From Candidatus Pacearchaeota archaeon (lineage in GTDB: Archaea; Nanobdellota; Nanobdellia; Pacearchaeales; GW2011-AR1): a stretch of DNA of 64,000 nt. A program made the position numbers and the translations under genes. The DNA lies in NCBI GenBank assembly GCA_041649295.1, contig JBAZNI010000001.1:11456-75455 (forward strand), in the 5' to 3' direction. Below the pieces are notes generated by a model. It had not been told where the DNA came from. It saw nothing but the letters and a program-made list of their open reading frames with translations, and did no database searches. Position 1 is the first letter of the stretch; each line of letters starts with the position of its first letter. Positions 58,065-64,000 of this stretch are shown here, in pieces.

Positions 58065-59975
58065 ATGATGAAAAGAGGGATATTATTTGTTTTAGTTTTA
58101 TTATTTATAGTTATATTCTCTTTTAATTTTGTACTTGCTTCAAATACAACTTTAAGCACTGAAGAACAATCTCTTTCAAAAGCATACGATTGTATGAAAG
58201 AAAAAGTTGGCGGTGACTGTTCAAAATTAAATTTAGAAGAGACAATTTATTCTGCTTTAGCATTGGGAGATTATAATGATTGCAAAGAGCAGTTAATTTC
58301 TCTTTCAAATAATGGGGAATGCTGGCCTAAAACAGGATGCAAATTAAAAGAAACATCTCTTGCTTTTTTAGCTTTAGACAGAATGGGGGAAGACACAGAT
58401 AAAATTTCTGCATGGCTTTTGAATCAGACAAAACCTGCTTCTGATTTAGTTTGGTTTTTGCAGATTGATTCAGATTCAAAAACAACATGCACTATAAAAT
58501 ATTCAGGTTCTTCTAATTCAGTTGTAATTTCAGCAGATAAAAAAGTATCTGGAAATGCAGGAGCATGTTTAGCAGTTTCTTCAAGTGGTTATTGGCTTCA
58601 GATTGCATCTTCTCCTGAATCATGCATGGAAAAATTATATACCATCTCCTGCGATAAATCATTTAAGACAAATCTTTTATATAAAACAAAATCATCTTCT
58701 ACAATTCATGTTTTAGAAAATCTTCATAGTGCTGTTGAAGGAGGGGAAACAGAAGAGCAGGTTAATTATAAGTGTTTCAAGCAAGGAAGTTCCTGCAATT
58801 ATGAAGGGAGTTTATGGGCTACTTTAGTTCTTGATTATAATTCAGAAGATACAACTGCATTTGTTCCATATGTTAATGCATTTACAGACGAGAATGAAGT
58901 GCTTTTCCCAGAATCATTTTTATATAAAATTACCGGAGATGAAGATTTTTTAACATCAATTATTAATAAATTTAAAGGAAATTACTGGGATGTTGGAGGG
59001 GCTTATTCAAGGTATTATTCTACTGCCTTGGCATTTTTGTCATTGCAAGGGCAAACCCCAGCAGAAGCTGAAACCGCAAAATCATATCTTCTTGATGGAA
59101 AAAGGCAGAATGGAGATGGATGCTGGAATAATATAAGAGATACAGGATTTTTGCTTTATTCTGGATGGACACTGGTAAATCATGACTCTGAATCTGAACC
59201 AGAACCAGATTCTGAATGTGAAACAGACGCAGATTGCGAGGATGACGAGGAATGCACGACTGCAGGATTTTGCGAAGAAATAGAAGAAGATTGTGAAGAA
59301 AAAGGAAATTATTGTTTATACACCAGCGAATGCGAAGATGTTGAAGGTGTTGAACTTCCAAGTTTTGGAGGGTGTTTAGGTTTTGAAGTTTGCTGTTCAA
59401 AGTCACTGCCAACCTGCATTGAAAAAGAAGGAGACCTTTGTCTAAATACACAGGAGTGCAAAGGGACATTGCTGGCTGTTTCAGATGATGGTGATTGTTG
59501 CGATGAAGAGTGTGTAAATAAAGAAGAACCTGAACCAGAGCCAGAAAATGAATGTGAAACAGCTGATGGAATTTGCAGAAGTTCTTGCAATGAGGATGAA
59601 AAAACAACTTCTGATAATTGTGATTTAACTAGTGAAATTTGTTGTGTGAAAAAATCTACTTCATCTAACTGGTGGATTTGGATTGTGGTGCTGTTAATTC
59701 TGATTGCATTAGCAGTTATTGCAATAATCTTTAAAGATAAAATAAAAATGTTTTTGTTTAAGAGGAAATCAAAGTTTAAGTCAGGGCCTGTAAATTCTAC
59801 TCGCCCGGGATTATTCCCCCCAAGTTCTTTGTCAAGAGCACCACCCACAAATATGTTCAGGCGTTCTCCTATTTCTCAGCCAGTTGCAAGGCAATCTTCA
59901 AGGCAATTGCCGCGTTCTTCTCAAGACAAAGATTTTGAAGAAACCATGAAAAGACTGAGAGATATGAGCAGGTGA
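58065..59975 (+). CDS. surface protein: alpha/alpha-toroid (prenyltransferase/terpene-cyclase-like repeats), acidic Cys-rich stalk, TM and a basic/Pro-rich cytoplasmic tail
   Basis: 636 aa with a signal peptide. It has QW-like repeats (NNGECWPKTG, RQNGDGCWNNIRDTG) and acidic EPEPD linkers between CC-containing knots. The TM is WWIWIVVLLILIALAVIAIIF, followed by an ~80-aa tail. Confidence 0.55.
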   Translation: MMKRGILFVLVLLFIVIFSFNFVLASNTTLSTEEQSLSKAYDCMKEKVGGDCSKLNLEETIYSALALGDYNDCKEQLISLSNNGECWPKTGCKLKETSLAFLALDRMGEDTDKISAWLLNQTKPASDLVWFLQIDSDSKTTCTIKYSGSSNSVVISADKKVSGNAGACLAVSSSGYWLQIASSPESCMEKLYTISCDKSFKTNLLYKTKSSSTIHVLENLHSAVEGGETEEQVNYKCFKQGSSCNYEGSLWATLVLDYNSEDTTAFVPYVNAFTDENEVLFPESFLYKITGDEDFLTSIINKFKGNYWDVGGAYSRYYSTALAFLSLQGQTPAEAETAKSYLLDGKRQNGDGCWNNIRDTGFLLYSGWTLVNHDSESEPEPDSECETDADCEDDEECTTAGFCEEIEEDCEEKGNYCLYTSECEDVEGVELPSFGGCLGFEVCCSKSLPTCIEKEGDLCLNTQECKGTLLAVSDDGDCCDEECVNKEEPEPEPENECETADGICRSSCNEDEKTTSDNCDLTSEICCVKKSTSSNWWIWIVVLLILIALAVIAIIFKDKIKMFLFKRKSKFKSGPVNSTRPGLFPPSSLSRAPPTNMFRRSPISQPVARQSSRQLPRSSQDKDFEETMKRLRDMSR

Positions 59976-60021
59976 TTTTATAAAAATAGATAATTAGGTT
60001 AATGATAGGAAAACCAAATAA

Positions 60022-60828
60022 TTATTCTCCATGGACAACAACTTCTTTAACTTTTATATTAAACTTTTTACTTAATTCTGCGACTTCTTTTCTCACTTCT
60101 TCCTGCCATAATTTTTGATTATTTCTTGCCCATTCAAACTCTTCGAGTTCTTGCTGAAAATATTTTTTGTAAAAAGGAAGCAGTTTATCAATAGAAGACT
60201 TTCTCATATTAAATAATTCAACCCAAACATATGAAACTTTAATGTTACTTAATTCTTTAAAAATCTCTTCCAGATTACTTATACCTGGCAAGACAGGAGA
60301 AATAAAACCAAAAGTTATAATTCCCTTCTTTTTTGCTTCTTTTAGTGTTGCTAATCGCAATCTTGGCGGACTCGCCCCGGGCTCTAATATTTGTGCAATC
60401 CTTTCATCCAGCTGATTAATTGACATCCCGAATTCCGCGTTTAATTTTTTTAATAAATCAAAATCTCTTTTTACAAGTGCAGATTTTGTCAAAATCTCAA
60501 CATCAAATTTTTTACTCTTTGAGAGAATTTCTAAAATTTTTCTTGTTAACTGAAAGTTTTCTTCTTCAGGCATATAACAATCGCATACACTTGATATAAA
60601 AATATGCCCTGGCTTATTCTTCTCTAACTCTTTTTTTAGCAATTCGGGGCAATTCACTTTAGCAAAGACAAATTCGCCCCATTTATCTGGGATGTTCTGA
60701 AACCTCTTTATAAAATCAGCATAACAATATTTACATCCATGCGAACATCCGGTATATGGATTAATCACATAATCAGTAAGTTTACTTTTATTCAGGCAAG
60801 TTTTTACTTGGATTTGTTTGATTTTCAT
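60022..60828 (-). CDS. radical SAM protein (SplB/COG1533-like)
   Basis: 268 aa. INPYTGCSHGCKYCYA carries the Cx3Cx2C cluster motif in the context typical of the DNA-photolyase-like radical SAM group. Confidence 0.75.
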   Translation of the reverse strand: MKIKQIQVKTCLNKSKLTDYVINPYTGCSHGCKYCYADFIKRFQNIPDKWGEFVFAKVNCPELLKKELEKNKPGHIFISSVCDCYMPEEENFQLTRKILEILSKSKKFDVEILTKSALVKRDFDLLKKLNAEFGMSINQLDERIAQILEPGASPPRLRLATLKEAKKKGIITFGFISPVLPGISNLEEIFKELSNIKVSYVWVELFNMRKSSIDKLLPFYKKYFQQELEEFEWARNNQKLWQEEVRKEVAELSKKFNIKVKEVVVHGE

Positions 60829-60976
60829 TTATTCTAAAGAGGTTCTAGCTATAAAAGCTTTGTTTAGCGTATCTATAGATTAAACATCTTAGCTTATTGG
60901 CGTTTTAACCATTAAAATTATTATCTATCTACTTTTTGTTAGATAAATTTATTAATCCCCTTCTTCTTTTTAAAAC

Positions 60977-62287
60977 ATGAAAAAAGAGCTGGTAATGTTG
61001 TGCTTTTTAGTATTGTTTATTTCATCAGTTTCAGCTCTAGAGATACAATCAGAAACTTCATTTAGCAAAGGAGAAACTTTTTTAGCAAGTATTGGCGGAA
61101 ATATCTTAGATAATATTCAATTTGAAGATGTAAAATTTCTTAAGGGGCATGTTCAGCAGAATTTCAAACACGATATTTTGAAAATAAATAACAACTATTA
61201 TATTTATGCAGTTCTTCCATATAATGAAGCAGAATACACCTTAGTTTTAGAAAATGTTTATTATATGGAAAATAATAAAATAATATTAACAGATTTAACA
61301 AAGAATTTTACAATAATAAATACAACAGTTTCTTTCAATGTTTATCCTGGAGTGATAATAACTGACAAAGATTTCAAAATTACTGTGTATAACAACGAAT
61401 TTTATGATTCTTTGTTAACTTATACTTTATCAAATAAAACAGATACAGAAACAGTTAAAGCACAGGAATTGACAGAAGTGGAAATATCTATAAAAGGTGT
61501 TGAAGAAACAACTTTTGAAACTTTGAGTTTAAGTTTGAGCACAACAAGTTATGAAATTCCTGTTTATATTATAACTAATCAGACAATTGGGGAAAATGAG
61601 AGTGAAGAAACAACCCCAGTTAAACTTGTTTTTGCAGATTCAGAAATACAGGACATTTTAAATATTGGAAAGGAATATTCTTATTTTTCAGATTTGTTTA
61701 ATATTGGGGAAAACGAATCAAAAAAAGTAAATCTTTCAGTTTCTTCCAGCTTAACACCATTTTTAAAATTAAATGCAACTTCTTTTGCAAGCATAAATTC
61801 TAAACAAAAGGCAAGTATTGAGTTTAAAGTTAATTTTACAGATACAGGGCTATTTGAAGGTTTTATAAGGGCAGATTCTGACAATTCTTCAGATATTCTT
61901 TCAATTATATTCTTAGTCGGGCAAGATATCCCTCCAGATATTGAAAGAAATGGAACAATACCTCCAAATATAAATATAACTAATATCACAAAGAAAAAAA
62001 CCTGCTCTGAAATGGGTGGCAAGAAATGCACAGGAACATGTTCTGATAACACTAAATTAAAGCTAGCTTCTGACGGGTTATGCTGTCTTGGAACATGCTC
62101 AGAAGATGAAAAACCAAAACGAAATTGGACAGTTATAATAATTATTGTTTTTGCTCTTGCAGTAATTGGATTTTTTGTCTGGTGGAAAGTTAAGAAGCCA
62201 AAAACCTCAGAAAAAGATATTTTTAATAAGAGAGAAAAATCTTTCGAAGAAAGGTATGAAACAAGCGGAAAATTAACAAGAGAGTGA
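60977..62287 (+). CDS. surface protein with beta-rich ectodomain, juxtamembrane Cys knot, TM and a cytoplasmic tail
   Basis: 436 aa with a signal peptide ending SVSA. CSEMGGKKCTGTCSDNTKLKLASDGLCCLGTCSE lies immediately before the TM WTVIIIIVFALAVIGFFVWW. Confidence 0.55.
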   Translation: MKKELVMLCFLVLFISSVSALEIQSETSFSKGETFLASIGGNILDNIQFEDVKFLKGHVQQNFKHDILKINNNYYIYAVLPYNEAEYTLVLENVYYMENNKIILTDLTKNFTIINTTVSFNVYPGVIITDKDFKITVYNNEFYDSLLTYTLSNKTDTETVKAQELTEVEISIKGVEETTFETLSLSLSTTSYEIPVYIITNQTIGENESEETTPVKLVFADSEIQDILNIGKEYSYFSDLFNIGENESKKVNLSVSSSLTPFLKLNATSFASINSKQKASIEFKVNFTDTGLFEGFIRADSDNSSDILSIIFLVGQDIPPDIERNGTIPPNINITNITKKKTCSEMGGKKCTGTCSDNTKLKLASDGLCCLGTCSEDEKPKRNWTVIIIIVFALAVIGFFVWWKVKKPKTSEKDIFNKREKSFEERYETSGKLTRE

Positions 62288-62295
62288 TTATTTAC

Positions 62296-62332
62296 GCCCA
62301 AGTATTCCGAGGTTCAACTCCTCGTGGGACCA
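62296..62332 (+). pseudogene. orphan tRNA 3'-half fragment (T arm, acceptor 3' strand and discriminator)
   Basis: CGAGG-TTCAACT-CCTCG T arm followed by TGGGACC-A. No matching 5' half (GGTCCCA...) is visible upstream or elsewhere in the window. Confidence 0.55.
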
Positions 62333-62380
62333 TATAAACTTAATGGGCTCAAAACTCATGTAAATAAAGTGTTTGTTAGA

Positions 62381-62443
62381 AAAGGTTACCTTTAGGATAC
62401 ATTTGTTTACACAAAGTATATCAAAAAGGATATTATTTCTTAA
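62381..62443 (+). repeat. ~60-bp direct repeat, copy 1 (upstream of the deoxyribosyltransferase-like gene)
   Basis: cctttaggata.att..tttacacaaagtatatcaaaaagga.at..tttctta is shared with 63054-63118, including a 25-nt identical core. Confidence 0.65.
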
Positions 62444-62529
62444 CCTGCTCTTTATATAGAGTATTTACTACTCATTTTTGATTAAATATTTCTGGCAATA
62501 TATTTAAAGAGATAAAAATTAAATAATAT

Positions 62530-63054
62530 ATGGAAATCAAAGGTTATCTTTCTAATCAATGGGGATTTTCTGAGACAGGTAGAATTCTTGTAAAACAAGT
62601 TAAAGATAGGATTAAAGATATTGGAATTGTAGTTTTAGATCCATTTGAAGAGTGTGGGAAAGAATTAGATTTTGGAGAACTTGCTAAACTAACTGATTTT
62701 GAAGCAAAAAGAAAATATTGGGAACAATTTAGCAGAAAAGTAACTCCTATAAACAATAAATTGATGAGACAAGCGCATTGTCAATTTTCAATCTTAGATG
62801 GAGGTCCCTCTGTTGATGACGGAGTTTCATCTGAGATAGGTTATTATGCTGCTCTGGTTGAGGAAGGAGCAATCCCAAAGGGGTTTGGAAGAATCTTTGC
62901 ATTAAGGAGTGATTTTCGATTAGGAGAAAATATTGGGTGTTTAGTAAATCCCCAGATTGAAGGATATATTCATCAAACAGGTGGAAAAATATCCCAAAAC
63001 TTAGATGATTGGTTTAAAGAAATTAATTCTTGGTATCAACAAGTTAAGAATTAG
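62530..63054 (+). CDS. nucleoside 2-deoxyribosyltransferase-family protein
   Basis: 174 aa. GYLSNQWGFSETGR ... ILDGGPSVDDGVSSEIGYYAA gives the D-x-G...E-x-G pattern of this Rossmann-like family. Confidence 0.55.
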   Translation: MEIKGYLSNQWGFSETGRILVKQVKDRIKDIGIVVLDPFEECGKELDFGELAKLTDFEAKRKYWEQFSRKVTPINNKLMRQAHCQFSILDGGPSVDDGVSSEIGYYAALVEEGAIPKGFGRIFALRSDFRLGENIGCLVNPQIEGYIHQTGGKISQNLDDWFKEINSWYQQVKN

Positions 63055-63118
63055 AAAGTATATCCTTTAGGATATATTCTTTTACACAAAGTATATCAAA
63101 AAGGACATACTTTCTTAT
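63054..63118 (+). repeat. ~60-bp direct repeat, copy 2 (immediately downstream of the same gene)
   Basis: See 62381-62443. This copy contains a perfect small palindrome, atatcc-ttta-ggatat. Confidence 0.65.
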
Positions 63119-64000
63119 AATTTTTCTTCAAGAAGCCACTTCCAAACAGGAATTACTTTTATTTTCTTGCTTTCAATTTTAATCTCTTCTTCTTGACTGT
63201 TTGTTAATATTAATCCTCCGTTTAACTTAAATTTATCCATTGCTTCTTTCAATCCAGAAATCTCTCTTTCTCTGTTGTCTTCATTTAAATCATAACAAAC
63301 TTGAATTGCATTAATTACTGCTTTATTTTTAACTAAGAGGAAATCACATTCATTTTTATTAAAATAGTAAAAAACATCATTATTTTTATTTAAAGAATTA
63401 AATACCAAATTTTCGAGTAGCCATCCTTTATCTTTTGTAAGCTTCTTGGATAAAACTCCTACAAATCCATTGTCTATTATATAAAATTTTTTATCATTTA
63501 TTAACTGCTTTTTTAATGAATAATCAAATTTGTTTATTGTTTTAGCAAAATAAGTTTCTTCAAGATAATGTATAAACTTTTTGATAGTATTAACGCTATT
63601 AATGTCTGTTATCTTCTTCAATGAATTAAAGCTAAATTTATTAGCAAAATTAGATATTAAAATGGAGTATAAATTTCTCAAAATAATTATATTATCTACC
63701 TTATGCCTAACAGCTATATCTTTTAACACAGTATCTTCATAAACTTTTGTTAAAAGTTCAGGGTCATTATAAATTAAATATTCTGGCATCCCGCCATTTA
63801 CTAAATATTCTTCAAAATATTTTTTTATTTCTATCTTTAATTCAGTTTTATAAATACTATCTTTCTCAAATTTAAACCCTTTTAACTCCAAAAACTCTAA
63901 AAAAGAAAAAGGCTTAACAATAATATCAACATGTCTTCCTGTAAGTTTTGTTCCTAATTCTTTGGAGAGTAATGTTGCACTTGAACCAGTTATAAAAAAT
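63115..64000 (-). CDS. AAA-type ATPase with a DUF4143-like C-terminal domain (COG1373), 5' end beyond the window
   Basis: The frame stays open upstream of the track Met to position 64000 (…ITGSSATLLSKELGTKLTGRHVDIIVKPFSFLEFLELKGF…), the typical ITGS...L.GR...PLSF.EF pattern. Confidence 0.65.
   Translation of the reverse strand, partial: FFITGSSATLLSKELGTKLTGRHVDIIVKPFSFLEFLELKGFKFEKDSIYKTELKIEIKKYFEEYLVNGGMPEYLIYNDPELLTKVYEDTVLKDIAVRHKVDNIIILRNLYSILISNFANKFSFNSLKKITDINSVNTIKKFIHYLEETYFAKTINKFDYSLKKQLINDKKFYIIDNGFVGVLSKKLTKDKGWLLENLVFNSLNKNNDVFYYFNKNECDFLLVKNKAVINAIQVCYDLNEDNREREISGLKEAMDKFKLNGGLILTNSQEEEIKIESKKIKVIPVWKWLLEEKL

Noticed and set aside
59020-59848. Two overlapping minus-strand ORFs (195 and 179 aa), and 61681-62301 (206 aa)
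   Set aside because: They are antisense to the two surface-protein genes, which have signal peptide, TM and domain logic. The antisense ORFs have none.
1-64000. Intact integrated provirus, plasmid or IS element
   Set aside because: No integrase, transposase, capsid, terminase or Rep-like gene could be recognised. tRNA-end repeats and cassette-like repeats exist but cannot be tied to an intact mobile element.

Overview
AT-rich, gene-dense archaeal window. The gene content includes archaeal ribosomal proteins uL23/uL4/uL3, uL1/uL10/P1, uL11, eL40 and eL43. It also includes aIF5A with deoxyhypusine synthase, Spt5, SecE, Sec61beta, RpoP, prefoldin beta, PCNA, a fused PriS-PriL-like primase, FtsZ with SepF, an S-layer protein and an archaeosortase-like protein. 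Many starts lie 19-28 nt downstream of a TTTATAAA box (leaderless style) and several genes are joined by ATGA stop/start overlaps. Together this fits a small-genome DPANN-type archaeon (Pace-/Woesearchaeota-like); that placement is inference. I found two tRNAs: tRNA-Pro(UGG), and a tRNA-Ser(UGA) carrying an unusually long (~113 nt) intron. I found no rRNA, no CRISPR array and no integrase or transposase. Main accessory content: (1) A complete diversity-generating retroelement at 16.6-18.7 kb (target gene with VR, TR, RT, no Avd), with clearly adenine-biased TR/VR mismatches. (2) A ~17.6-kb block at 36.2-53.8 kb on the minus strand. It holds six proteins with class III (prepilin-like) signal peptides, three very large cysteine-rich surface proteins related by a fusion/fission event, Tat/lipobox proteins and a 45-aa RHH micro-gene. 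No pilus ATPase or platform gene is in the window. This is my best candidate for an undescribed cell-surface or host-contact system. (3) A ~90-nt three-hairpin element present three times: inside the tRNA-Ser intron, in the leader of a wHTH regulator gene, and between two genes of the surface locus. (4) An isc operon containing an unannotated 28-aa, 10-Cys micro-ORF and an ArsR-type regulator with a Cys-rich tail and a perfect 22-bp palindromic operator. (5) Toxin-antitoxin and Fic modules, a mazF pseudogene, tRNA 3'-end fragments and cassette-like direct repeats. All calls come from reading the sequence and the translations by eye; no searches were run.
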